Positions 38,123 through 51,540 of a stretch of 53,544 nucleotides of DNA are shown here, piece after piece. The translations under genes and the position numbers were made by a program. The stretch is taken from assembly GCF_006345805.1 (NCBI RefSeq), contig NW_021834673.1:1-53544 (forward strand), read 5' to 3'. Position 1 is the stretch's first letter. Each line of letters begins with the position of its first letter. The notes under the pieces were generated by a model that made no database searches, was not told where the DNA came from, and saw only the letters and a list, made by a program, of their open reading frames with translations. Origin of the DNA: Octopus sinensis (Eukaryota).

Positions 38123-40026
38123 CAGTAGTTTTATTCTTATAGCGGCTTTCACTTCACTACCGAGCGCAGCTCGGTGTGCCTTGGGTATGTGCTGTGATTT
38201 TGTTTGTGATGCTCTGATGGTTATTGTAGTGAAAGTCCTCTGCGTAGGATGTGTGCAGTGCCTAGTAGTGCAATTTTCTGTATGATATATGTGTTTGTAA
38301 GTCCTGGTGTTTTTGTTATGTATTTGTCTGAATATTTTTTTTATCATGCCTAATGCACCTACTATGATAGGAATTGTTTCTGTTTTCAGATTCCACATTC
38401 TAGTTACCTCTATTTCCAGGTCTTTGTATTTTGAGAGTTTCTCCATTTCTTTTAGAGACACGTTGTCATCAGCCGGTATTGATACATCAATTAGAAAGCA
38501 TTTTTTTCTTCATGATCTCTGACAACTATATCTGGTCTGTTGGCCTTAATTTCTCTATCTGTGTGTATCGGCATATCCCAGAGTATTGTTGCTTTCTCGT
38601 TTTCTGTAACCTTTTCTGGTGTGTGCCTATACCATCTTTTTTCTGTTGTTATTCCATAATGTTGGCATAGCTTCCAGTGTATGTAGGTTCCAACTCTGTC
38701 ATGTCTGTGTGAATATATTCCTTCTTAGCCATGACTGGCAGCTAGATAAGATAATATGATTTATTGTTTCTTGTCCATCTCGACATATTCTGCAGTTACT
38801 TGTAATATTTCTTTTCATTACATGTTTTTGGTAATTTCTGGTGGGGAGGCTTGGTCTTGTGCTGCAATTAAAAATCCCTCTGTTTCTGCTTTGAGTCCTG
38901 AGCTTCTCAACCATTGCTGGGATTTTCTTTGTCTATTTCTTTTGCGTTTAGTTTAGTCCAGTATTTACATGAAGGGGCTTTTCTTGCCATCGTTTTATCA
39001 TGGTTCGTTGCTGTTCTATTTTTAGTTTGGATTTCATTTGTTTTATAGCTTTTGTTGTTTCTTCATCATCTTCTTCTTCTCTTCTTCGTCGTGTTATTAG
39101 GTGGTATGATTTCTTGTTTGTATTTGTCAGCTTCCTTAAATACTGAGAACAGTTTTTTGTTTTGCTCGTGTTTTGCTGCTATCTGGATCAGTTTTCCTTC
39201 CTTCTGAAGTAGGTATTTTTGCAGTCCTATGGTGTTATTTTATAGTAGTTTTCCAGCTGTATAAGGCCTCTACCACCTTCTATACGTTGTATATATAGTC
39301 TTTCTATGTCAGATTTTGGGTGATGCATCCTAGATCCTGTCAGTATTTTTCTTGTTTTCCTATCTATTTTGGACAGTTCATTCCGTGTCCAGTAAGGATA
39401 TTGTAGCTGTAACTATAACTGGGACAGCTAAGTGTTGATACCTATTATCTTGTTTTTAGCATTGAGCTCTGTTTTTAGTATTGATCTAACTCGTCTATAA
39501 TATTCTTTTTTCATTTCTCTTTCATTTGTGTGTGTTGTGTCTTATCTAGTTCATGGATTCCTAAGTATTTGTAAGTTTGGCTTTGGTCTAATTCTTTTAT
39601 TTCATTTTTTTTGGTTTTTATCTAGTGTGATGTGGTACTCTTAACTAGTTTTCCTCTTTTCATGGTTACTTGGCGCATTTTTCTAATCCAAATTTCATAT
39701 CTATTTCTTTGGTAAATCCATGAACTGTCTTTAATAGTGTTTCCAGCTGTTTGTCATTTGCAGCGTATAGTTTTAGGTCATCCATATATAAAAGGTGGCT
39801 GATCGTTTTGCCGTAACATTTATATCCGCATCCAGTTCTATTTAGCATATCAGATAGAGGTGGCAGTGCCAAGCAGAAAAGGAGTGGAGAGAGCGTGTCT
39901 CCCTGGAAATTCCTCTTCTGATGGGGATGTCTTTGGTTTTCATGAGTCCCTCTTTGTTTGGAGATGTAGGACTGTTTGCCATTTATTCATAGAGTGCTCT
40001 ATGAATTTTATGATTGTTGGTGCTAC

Positions 40027-40027
<1 letters not shown>
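38123..40027 (-). mobile_element. R4/Dong-like LINE, duplicate copy
   Basis: Same motifs as 34071-35963, with more 1 bp indels. Confidence 0.85.
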
Positions 40028-40065
<38 letters not shown>

Positions 40066-40081
40066 CATTATTATTATTATT

Positions 40082-41053
40082 TGCCAATAGGGCAGTCATA
40101 TGGGGAAGAAGATACGGTAGAAAATGCGGTGAGAGCTGGCAGAATCTTCAGGACGTCGGGCGAAATGCTTAGCGGTTCTTCTGCCGTTACCTCTGAGTTC
40201 AAATTCCTCCGAGGTCGACTTTGCCTTTCATCCTTTCGGGGTCGATTAAAGAAGTACTAGTTACGCACTGTGGTCGATATAATCAACTTAATCCGTTTGT
40301 CTGTCCTTGTCTGTCCTCTCTGTGTTTACCCCCTTGTGGGTAGTAAAGAAACAGGATACATTAGACGTGGACAGTGGAGATTTAACGCTGAGACAACGAG
40401 TACACAGTTAAAAGATTAACAATGATATCCGACAAAAGAATATAACAATGAAAGTTCGTAATAGGTGCAGGAAATCCCCTGGAGTTGGATCAGGTACCCA
40501 CACCCCAATCCTCAACCACTCGACGCTTCGAGGGCATCTGGGAAGAGCACTCTCCTCCCTCTCAAATTCATTAGCCCACAGGTGCGTTATTAGAGTAGGT
40601 CCACTCACACGTACCATTTTCGCTATTCATCCACCTTTTGGCAAACGTACTGGGAGGCGGCACTTCACTCTGCACCCTCATCTTCCTTTCCAAAGGAAAT
40701 TTGAGAAAGTTGACGAGTGATTGGCCGTAGAGAAAAGTCTCTGCCTTTAGTCCTTTTAACCTGATCCACAATACAGCCTCTTTCGCTACTGTTATAAGAA
40801 TCGAAGTAAATTGTGTCACCTCCCGGAATGATGGAAAGCGGCCTGAGCGATCTTCACTACGGACTCGGCCGATAGATAGAACACCCTACACGTGATAACA
40901 GATGTTCAACATTAACTCCACATGTCAGTAATGCAAGGACACTGGACGAGTGCGTGCAGAACGCTTTCATCGCTCTGCGCACCTCTCGGGTAGGTCGGTC
41001 AGACAGCACTTCCGTGCTTGTAGAGTTTATCTCGATCCGGCAGTGCCCCCCGA
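40082..41053 (-). mobile_element. Tx1-B 3' portion (truncated) containing SINE at 40122-40354
   Basis: Duplicate of 36023-36995. Confidence 0.85.
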
Positions 41054-41566
41054 TGCTGGTGTGTTTACGTCCCTGTAACTTAGCGTTTCGGCAAAAGAGA
41101 CCGACAGAATAAGTACTAGGCTTACAAAGAATAAGTCCTGGGGTCGATTTACTCGACTAGAGGTCGTGCACCAGCACGGCCACATTCAAATCACAGAAAC
41201 AAGTAAAAGAGTAAAAAGAGAGAGAGAGAGAGAGAGCTCATCTGTACCCAAACATTCAATAGTTTGATGTCCTATTTTCATAGGAGTGAGGGGAAGAGGG
41301 AGAGGAAGACATGCAGGGGTCTCTAAATGGTTAATGTATTGTATCTGAGAAAGTCTCCAGTATTCTTGATGCTTCTGCAAAACGTGAAAGATAAAAAAGG
41401 AAATTGAAAAAAAACTAATTGTCTTCCAGTATCTGTGTTGTGTGTGTCTGTGTGTGTTTGTGTGTGATGCAATGAGATACATAACCATGCCTATAAGTTT
41501 CTTAATATAAAACTGAAGTGAATATTAATGATAATATTAATGATAATTTTAAATGACATAATTTTT

Positions 41567-42655
41567 CTGTGAAGAAGGTTTAGTCTTCAATGTTTTCAGT
41601 CTCGTCCACCACTCTACCTCTTTAGCCACCGGGCAGAAGAAACTGCTTTTCATTCCCGGCCAAAAGAAGGTGGCGGGGCGATCTTTACAATGAACTCGGC
41701 TCGTAAACTGGACGGATGAGTGCATGCAGGACTATTTCCTCGGCCTGCACGCACCCCCGACATATCCGTCCGACAACACTTTCGTATCAGTAGAGCTTGT
41801 CTTGAATCGGCAGAGCTTCCAGGTAGCACTGCCAGGCCAGGGATTCCTGGAAGTTAAAGACCAGTTAGTTGATTCCCTCCACCTCCGCCCAGAATTTACC
41901 CCGATTTTGTCGTTGTTCTTTCCCCTCTACTAATCCCCTATAGAAATCCATGTTGGAACTATCAACGTCCGCGTTGCCGACTGGCAGAAAGCTGTGAAAG
42001 CTTGTCGACATTCCAGGTGCCAAGCGCCCTTTCTTGGCCAACGCTTGACTCAGTACTGTAGCTTCATCAGTGAGACGAGCTGCGGAAAGTGCCCGCTTCA
42101 CAAACAGTCAATCCCCTATTCTCACCGCTAAAGAAACGAAGGAGATGTCGCAGTCTCAGCGTATGTCTGCGAATCATTAGCAACGACATGTCCAGTACTC
42201 TACTGAGAGGTTGTTGACGGCAGATGGACCGTCTGATGCGCGGAACACATCCCTTCTTTAGAAAGCGGAATAACAAACGCTCTAACTTTATCGGGCATGG
42301 GACTACATTCAGAAAGTCATAGATGACGGAAGGGATGTACGCATTCGCCACTTCGACTCGACCCTTCACGAACAGCTTCCTCTCTGCCAACTTCTAGGTG
42401 AGATCGACTATCCTCTTCGTCACCTCCCAGCCGTTGTTGTCCACCCCGAGGTCAAGAGCAAACCAGAATCCAAGCAGTTTAACCTGTCATTCCGTCTAGC
42501 GCCCTACAAACTGTCGGTTGGTATGGGTCTGCCTCTCCACCTGCCGATTTGCAGGCCCACCGACTTCTCTTGGATAAGCTTGCTCCTATCACCGCTTCGT
42601 GCCTGTATTATGATGCCGTAGTCTGTGTTAGTTGATACGAACATTCCACATTCTA
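41567..42655 (-). mobile_element. Tx1-A fragment (long copy)
   Basis: Homologous to 1-1091; ORF track 42067-42390 and 42504-42710. Confidence 0.85.
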
Positions 42656-43034
42656 AGTCATATATATATATATATATATATAATATATATAATATATATA
42701 TATATAGCATCTGTATTTCTAATTATATAATTTCGATTTGAAAAGTTTCAATCAGCAGTTTATGACGATTGGCGGTGGAAGTGGAAGAGTTAAAATGAGA
42801 GAGTGGGGAGAGGGAGTGATAGAAGAGAGAGAGGGGAAAGAAGAGGAGGAGAGTTGATGTGTACAATTGTGAGTGTGTGTGTGTGGTGTCTGTGTGTGTG
42901 ATGCAATTAGATACACACCCTGCCTAATCTTTTCTTTAATATGAAACTGGAGGGAATATCACATTAACGATTACATTAAATGACAATTTTACTGAGAAGT
43001 GAGTGAAAAGTTTAGCCTGAAAAAAATTCCAATA

Positions 43035-43070
<36 letters not shown>

Positions 43071-43147
43071 GTAATAATATAATAATATAATAATAATTAA
43101 TAATAATAATGTAAATAATAATAATATTAATAATAATAATGATAATG

Positions 43148-43215
<68 letters not shown>

Positions 43216-44585
43216 TGCCAATAGGGCCGGCATATGGGAGAAGATACAGTAGAAAATGCGGTGAGAGCTGGCAGAATCTTCAGTACGTCGGGCGAAATGC
43301 TTAGCGGTATTTCTTCTGCCGTTACCTTCTGAGTTCAAATTCCCCCGAGTTCGACTTTGCCTTTCATCCTTTCGGGGTCGATTAAAGAAGTACCAGTTAC
43401 GCACTGTGATCGATATAATCGAATTAATCCGTTTGTCTGTCCTTGTTTGTCCTCTCTGTGTTTAGCCCCTTGTGGGTAGTAAAGAAACAGGACACAGTAG
43501 ACATGGACAGTGGGGATTTAACACAGAGACAACGAGTACAGAGTTAAAAGAATAACAATGATATCCGACAAAAGAATATAACAATGAATGTTCGTAATAG
43601 GTGCAGGAAATGCCCTGGAGTTGGATCAGGTACCCACACCCCAATCCTGAACCACTCGACGCTTCGAGAGCATCTGGGAAGAGAACTCTCCTCCCTTTAA
43701 AAGTTCATTAGCACAAAGGCGTGTTATTAGAGTAGGTCCACTCACACGTACCATCTTCTCTGTTCATCCACCTTTTGGCAAATGTGCTGGGAGGCAGCAC
43801 TTCACTCTGCACCCTCATCTTCCTTTCCAAAGGAAATTTGAAAAAGTTGACGAGTGATTGGCCGTAGAGAAAAGTCTCTGCCTTTAGTCCTTTTAACCTG
43901 ATCCACAATACAGCCTCTTTCGCTACTGCTATTAGACATAAGTAAATTGCCTGACCTTCCGGACTAATGGAAAGCGGCTGAGCGATCTTCACTACGGACT
44001 CGGCCGATAGATAGAACCACCCTACACGTGATAACAGCTGTTCAACATAACTCCACATGTCAGTAATGCAAGGACACTGGACGAGTGCGTGCAGAATGAT
44101 TTCATAGCTCTGCGCACATGTCGGGTAGGTCGGTCAGACAGCACTTCCGTGCTTGTAGAGTTTATCTCGAACCGGCAGTGCCCCCCGATAACACTGCAAA
44201 ACAAGGGACTTCTAGAAGTTATCCATCATCCCCGTCTTGAAAGTCCTTCTCAACAGACTGATTAGTTCAATTTTGTCAACGCCTGACGTCTCTCCAAGTG
44301 CTTCATCGCACTATCCCTCCACTAACCCTCCATAGAACTTCAGAGTGGATTTTCCACTGATCGCATTGCCCACCTGGTAGAGGACAGTGAGTGCCTAGCA
44401 ACATTCCAGATGCCAGTAACCCTTCCTCGGTCTCTTCTTGACCCTGGACTGCAGCTTACTCAAGGAGATGAGTTGTGGAAAAGCCTGTTTGACAAACGAT
44501 GACCACACCTGTTCACCATTTAGGCAGAATGTTTGGAGATGCCGCAGCCCCAGTTCATGTCTTCCACAGCATGCCCAGTGTTCCG
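43216..44585 (-). mobile_element. Tx1-B 3' portion (copy 4) containing SINE at 43254-43490
   Basis: ORF track 43708-44058. Confidence 0.85.
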
Positions 44586-44728
44586 GAAATCGGAAAGCGA
44601 AAGCACAAAAACGAAAATGGGAAAAGGGAAAAGTAAAAACAGCATTTAAGTGTTCTCCTTGTTAGACCATGAATTATAAGGCTAATAAAATATCAAAAAT
44701 CTAATCAAGAAAAGACGGAATTTTCCAG

Positions 44729-47242
44729 ATCTTCAAAATATATTTATACTTGACAACGACTGAAAATTCCCGACCTAGAGTCCAATAGAGAATTAAGCAT
44801 CTTAGATCTGAACAGGATATGCACTCTTTCAGCTAAATAATGTTTATATTTATTCGATCCATTCACATAAGTTATGGATTCTCAATTACTTCCCATCCAG
44901 TCACATGTGGTGTTTCGTTTTCTTCCAAACGTAGCCAGTTTCGTAGCTTTACTTTTGTCCTATGTCGGAAGGGGATTATGTGATTGGCATAACGACTTTG
45001 AAATTCACCTTAAATAAGCAAAAGAATAAAAGAATAAAAGATTATGTGTGTGTGTGTGTACATGCATACAAAAATACACCCACATACGCACGGATATGTA
45101 CATAAGCGCGCACACACACACTCATAGGCGTATGGATTATTGTTTCGGTAAGTTGTGTCCACGAGAAAGACACTTCCAGTGCTCTCATCTGAAAAGCACC
45201 AGCATTAACCAGGGGTTAACATTGCGACAGACTGGTATCCGGTGTGTTGTATCCTTGTGTGTTGAAATACGTTCGATACCGAGATATACTGGGGGCCTAA
45301 TGAGCCTGTAGATCAGGCAGAGAATTTAGCTTAGAAAATGCTTTAATATAGACATTTAGGCATGCGCAGTCAAGTATTTGTGTAACGTTTATGGAGGAAA
45401 AGTCGATATAAATATGACAAAAAAAGAAACACCGTATCTTCCGGTGTATAAGCCGCTATGTTTTACCTGGGAAATTTAGTGTGCCGCTTAGAGAAAGGTG
45501 CGCCTAATTTATGTAACTTTTTTATAGTTCCAGGAGGAAAATAATTTGTGTATGGAGATCGAATGATTCCACTGATTTTTTTGGAGGAAAGGTCGGTCGA
45601 TGAAAGACTATTGCTACAGGACATTTGTGCCTGGAAGAAAACAAAGCACATTTGTTTTGTTTTAACTTCATGTTTTGATAATGTTTTTTTTATCCAATAA
45701 AGAATTTAATATTGACGGAAGGTGTTTGTTGCTGATTATAGTAAGATAAAATAAAAAAAATCAACAATACATCTCAAAGTTGAAGAATAAAACATTTTGA
45801 AAATACATACACATCAACAACAACAAAGCTAGCGGCGGTCACGTGGTTCCATAAGTCTTTATAAAACACCGGTAGGCTTTATGTGTGGATAAAAACCAAA
45901 ATTTTCCCCAAAATCCCAAGCTAAACTTCACAATACAATAATACAAACATTAATAAGCCACATCAATTGTATAATACTAATCTTAAGCCAACATTCTACA
46001 ACCCTGTCTACGAGACGACAAATATTAGTTCCATTACAACCTCTCAATCCGATACTAATATAAATCCTAATTTAGATTCTCCCCACTAACAACAAACCAA
46101 CCAACATCAACATTACTACTAGTAAACCCCAACCACTTGCAACTGTCGCGCTTCTGAAATATATGGTATGCAGACACCTGTCTCCTCAAAAGCGTAATCT
46201 ATAAGTGCCACGTGATGACCCCATGCACCCACCAGGCAAGGGTGTATATTAATGGCACTGAGGATTTTCAATGTCGTTGTCGTGCTCATATGTATTCTTT
46301 CACTAATCCCGAATCTAAACTATTTCAATCTTTAGCAACACACATATACAACCTCAATTCAAAACAATGTCCAACACGCTCTATCGTGGTTCATAGTATG
46401 TGAAGCTCCCCTCTACAACACAAATATAGGTAAATGTATGTTATGTATAAAAGGGTCATTAACTATTCTTCGCCTCCACAACTCCTCACTGTTAAATTCT
46501 CTGACGTTATTTTTTATCGTAAGCATAAAAACTGCCCGACATTCATGCACTTCCCTAATTCCAAATAAATAAAGCTGTAATGTAAAACAAGTGTCAACCT
46601 GACAATCGACAAGTGAACACATTCCAAATAGCAAATATGTGTGTGTGTGTCTATGTATACATATATGTATGTATATATATATATATATTATATATATATA
46701 TATATATTATATATATATATACAGATATTATATATATATATATATATATGAGCATATGCAATACATATGAAATATCCAAAATTGCATTTACAAATACATA
46801 ATATATACATACAAGCTCTTACATACACACATGCAAACACACACACATATACGCACAATATATATACATATAAACTCCTACATTAATACACAGTATTAAA
46901 AATTAAGTAGTCAGCATATATATAAAATACCTACAGAAATATAAATATATATAACACGCATCCCAAATTTATTCCATGTATTATGATCAATCGATTTTTC
47001 ATCCACCTCTCAGCCTCCTAAATCTCTCCAACACACATCACAAATTTCTTCAAATTTTTGCTTTTCAACCGTCTCTACTCTCATTTGACCCTTCTCGGCT
47101 TCAAACAATAATTAACAAAAGTCAAATACTAAGAAAAATACCGACCCGATTTTTTGTACTACTAACATTCTTAACCACTCCCTCGTACCTGAAAAGTGTC
47201 CTTAAAAATACCCCACGTAATTTGAGATGGAATTGCTGTTTC
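44729..47242 (+). pseudogene. LGR-like LRR/hinge exon remnants, copy 4 (about 44729-44942, 45528-45660, 47014-47242)
   Basis: The last exon is open here (ORF 46976-47287): SLLNLSNT...LQTIINKSQILRKIP...WNCCF. Confidence 0.6.
45868..46573 (+). mobile_element. Penelope-like GIY-YIG remnant (copy 4)
   Basis: CLLKSVIYKCHVMTPCTHQARVYINGTEDFQCRCRAH...PLYNTNIGKCMLCIK. Confidence 0.8.
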
Positions 47243-47818
47243 ATATATGTACCAGCTAGAAGGGATACTCCTTCAACATTCAGATGAATTACTTATTTAT
47301 TCACATCGTTTAAAATTAAACATACGTTATCTTCTAGCTTTGAGATTTTGATTATGTGATTGCTTACTTTTAGAATAACTTTGCATGGTGGTTGTGAAAG
47401 GGCTGATCTGTTCAGTTTCAACAGAAAACAGAAAACGAAACAGAAAACAGGAAGAATATTTGGGCTCGACGTGGCCAGTGCCAATGCTAATGGGTTAACT
47501 GAAAATTACTGAAGTAAAAATAAAAGCATAAAAAAACATTTTAGGTAATTTGGGGACCCAAATTTATGAAGTCTTAAGGGTGGAGAACCTTTTTATCCCA
47601 TCCTTAATGCCGTTGAGGAGACTGGACAATGGCCAATAGAAGGCCGATATAATATAATGAAAATCGTAACTTACCAATAAAGTGCTGTTAGTCTCTGTTC
47701 GTAAGAGGTAGTGAATGTTTATATATATATATATATATATATATGTGCGCATATATATATATTGCGTCATTTGTTTATTTACCATACATTTTTTCATTGA
47801 AGTAGCACACAATTATGC

Positions 47819-47870
<52 letters not shown>

Positions 47871-48001
47871 ATAGATTGGCGTCTTTATTTCTCATTATAT
47901 GAATCCGATATGAAAAGTTTGCGTCAGCAGTCAAAGATGGGCGTTGATAGTGGAAGAGTGTAAATGAGAGAGGGGAAAGAAAGTGATAGAAAGAGAGAGG
48001 G

Positions 48002-48049
<48 letters not shown>

Positions 48050-48420
48050 TGCTATTAGCTACATAACCATGTACTAAGGATTTGGTGAGATTGATACGTT
48101 TTAATTCCCTTCACTTACTCAGTATACCCTCCTTCTTCCGCGACATTAGCATTCCAGCAGAAATGGAGAAATGAAAATTATGTCACTGTTGGTGGTTGCA
48201 TGTGTGTATGTATGTGTGTGTGTGTATATGCGTACTGCATGAGACTGTTTACATCCGCGTAACTGAAATTAACTTGAAATAATCTAAGTACTATTTTACA
48301 AATTGTGATATCTGTGTGTGTGTGTGTGTGTGTGTATATGTATATATATATATATATATAAACACGCACACACAGTTATCAGAATTATATAAACGTATAT
48401 ATTCATGTATTTGTATATAT

Positions 48421-48463
<43 letters not shown>

Positions 48464-49743
48464 GGTGAATGAATTATTCTAGCATGGAAATTCGTTTAAC
48501 CGATACCTGGGTAGCAAATTCACGTCGGAAACACAGTTGAAGTGACCTGTCAAGGGTAGAAACTCCGGGTTCTTTTGTGCAAATTGTGTTATTTATATGA
48601 ATAAATGAAAGAATGGAGTCGAACGAGGTTTTTACTCTCGACACATGTTTCGAAGACGGCATAATTTTAATTCCGAAGGAATAAATGGTGCATTATGCCA
48701 TCTTCTCATCAGGAAAGATTAAGAGCCTCTTTCAGCCACAAGACGAACAAAATTTTTGATGATTGCCTACATGGTGACCACAGTGACAATGAGTGTTTTT
48801 TTTAAATAATCCGTTATAAGCAATGACTTAAAAAATGGGTAGAAGGAGGGAGTAGTAAAAATAGGTAGGGGACAATATGTATGCTGTATGTATGATGATG
48901 TGCGGGTGTGTGCTTGTGTTAATGATTGCGAGTGATTGTGTATGTGTATGAGTGTGTATATAACTGCATTTGTGTCTGTGTGTGTATGTGTTATTGTGTG
49001 TGTGAGGTAGACAAACGTCAAATACACTTAGTAGTAAGGTGTGAAATTTGTGTCTGTGTGTTTGATCGTGCGTGTTATAGAGAGGGAGATATATATATAT
49101 ATACATACGTCAAAGAAATTTAGTAGCTATGGAACATAAAATCGTTTAAAAGCGACATTAACCGGAAATGATTAAAATATTGTTATACGATCAGTCGATA
49201 GATTTTCATCTGAGAATCTCTCACTTTTGCTCGATAACTATTGATCATCGATCTCTTCCCAAATACAATGTTAAAAGCCAACATTAAAATTCATTGTTAG
49301 ACCCTCCAGTGTTCACATTGTCATCAACCATTCTCTTCCTGAAGAATCTCTGAAGCTTAAGCTGGATGTGCTAGAAATAGCAGCCAAATATTTCCTCTGA
49401 GCAGACGATAGATTCATTTAACGATAGTGTCACTTCAGAAAATCAAGTTATCAATAACGATAATAATTTAAATGGTATATATAATGATTGACATGGAAGC
49501 AAACGATACAAATTCATTTAACAATAGTTCGTTTCAGAAAATTACGTTTGTGAAATAAAGTATATGATAGAGAAATTATAACAATTCTGAAGAGGAATTA
49601 AAGGTTTTAGCAGCTTTAAAGTTATGGGAAAAGAATTTTCGTTATCAAAGTAACAATATTTTATACGAAAGAAGGATGACAGGCGAGGATTTTGTGGTGT
49701 GAAGGGTCTTCAAGTGTATACGTCCTGGTGTGTGTGTGTGTAT

Positions 49744-49783
<40 letters not shown>

Positions 49784-49858
49784 TGCCTGTGTGTGTGTGA
49801 TGCACTGAGATATATAACGATTATAATAATTGACACAATTATATTCCAAACTTCTACA

Positions 49859-50265
49859 GGCGCGGGAGTGGCTGTGTGGTAAGTAGCTTGCTTACCAACC
49901 ACATTGTTCCGGGTTCAATCCCACTGCGTGGCACTTTGGGCGAGCGTCTTCTACTATAGCCTCGGGCCGACTAAAGACTTGTGAGTGGATTTAGTAGACG
50001 GAAACTGAAATAAGCTCGTTGTATATGTGCATATACATATATTTCTATGTGTGTGTTTGTGTGTCAGTGTTTGTCCCCCCCCACCATCGCTTGACAACCG
50101 ATGCTGGTGTGTTTATGTCCCTGTAAGTTAGCGGTTCGGCAAAAGAGACCGATAGAAGAAGTACTAGGCTTACATGAATAAGTCCTTGGGTCGATTTACT
50201 CGACAAAATGCGGTGCTCCAGCACGGCCACATTCAAATCACTGAAACAAGTAAAAGAGTAAAAGA
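49859..50265 (+). mobile_element. 400 bp SINE (copy 3)
   Basis: Homologous to 9351-9757. Confidence 0.85.
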
Positions 50266-51257
50266 GAGAGAGAGATAGCTCATCTGTACCCAAACATTCA
50301 ATAGTTTGATGTCCTATTTTCATAGGAGTGAGGGGAAGAGGGAGAGGAAAACATGCAGGGGCCTCTAAACTGTTTAACGTATTTGTATCTGAGAAAGTCT
50401 CCAGTATTCTTGATGCCTTCTGCAAAAAGTGAAAGATAAAAAAGGAAATTGAAAAAAAAACTAATTGTCTTCCAGTATCTGTGTGTGTGTCTGTGTGCGT
50501 GTGTGTGTGTGTGTCTGTGTGTGTTTGTGTGTGATGCAATGAGATACATAACCATGCCTATAAGTTTCTTTAATATAAAACTGAAGTGAATATTAATGAT
50601 AATATCAAATGATAATATTAATATTTTACATTCCACCGGTATCAGTATCTGAGTCTAAAGTTATAATTACTGCATACTGGTGGTACAGTTTTCAACCAGC
50701 AGGATGTAACCTGATGCTAATGCTTATTATATACATGCAGCAGAAAGGCGTGTCGTTCACAGGTTTAAAATAACTAAATTGCATTGTATATAAAATATGC
50801 TAAAAAGTAAGTTACTTCATGTGTAACATTTAATTCTTATTTTAATGTCTTTTACACAGGATAAAACCCGAAATAGTGAACTCGGAATTTTGGAACTAAG
50901 TGAAAGACAATGATTGTTTACCATAAAGATTTTCCCGTTTTGCCGGACCATTCGATGTGGTTTACCAGAGCCTTGATTGTAGTACAATGCTTGTAAGTTG
51001 CGTCCCATGATTTGATTTTCCTCTCCCTTTATATTATGTATATGTGTGTGTGAAAGTGTGTGTCTGCGTGCATGTGTGTGTGTGAAAATAAGTAAATGTA
51101 AATGAATGTATATATGTGTGTATGTATATATATATGTATATCGATATATGGAGAGACGTAATAGATAGAGAGATAGAAAGATAAAGATACAGACAATGAT
51201 TGATAGAGAGATAGCTAGACAGACACATGATAGTTTGATAGATAGATTGATAGATAG

Positions 51258-51310
<53 letters not shown>

Positions 51311-51348
51311 ATGATGGAAAGATAGATAGATAGTCATAGATAGACAGT

Positions 51349-51414
<66 letters not shown>

Positions 51415-51540
51415 GATATATAGACATAGATAGATAGATAGATAGATTGATAGATAGATAGATAAATAGATACATAGATAGATAGATAGATGGATAGATA
51501 GAGATAGATGGACATAGAGAGATAGATAGATAAATAGATA

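Noticed and set aside
44872-45008. Minus-strand SRYANHIIPFRHRTKVKL resembling the protein tyrosine phosphatase KNRY..D..RVKL motif
   Set aside because: It needs two insertions, lacks the following DYINA motif, and is antisense to a better-supported LRR remnant.
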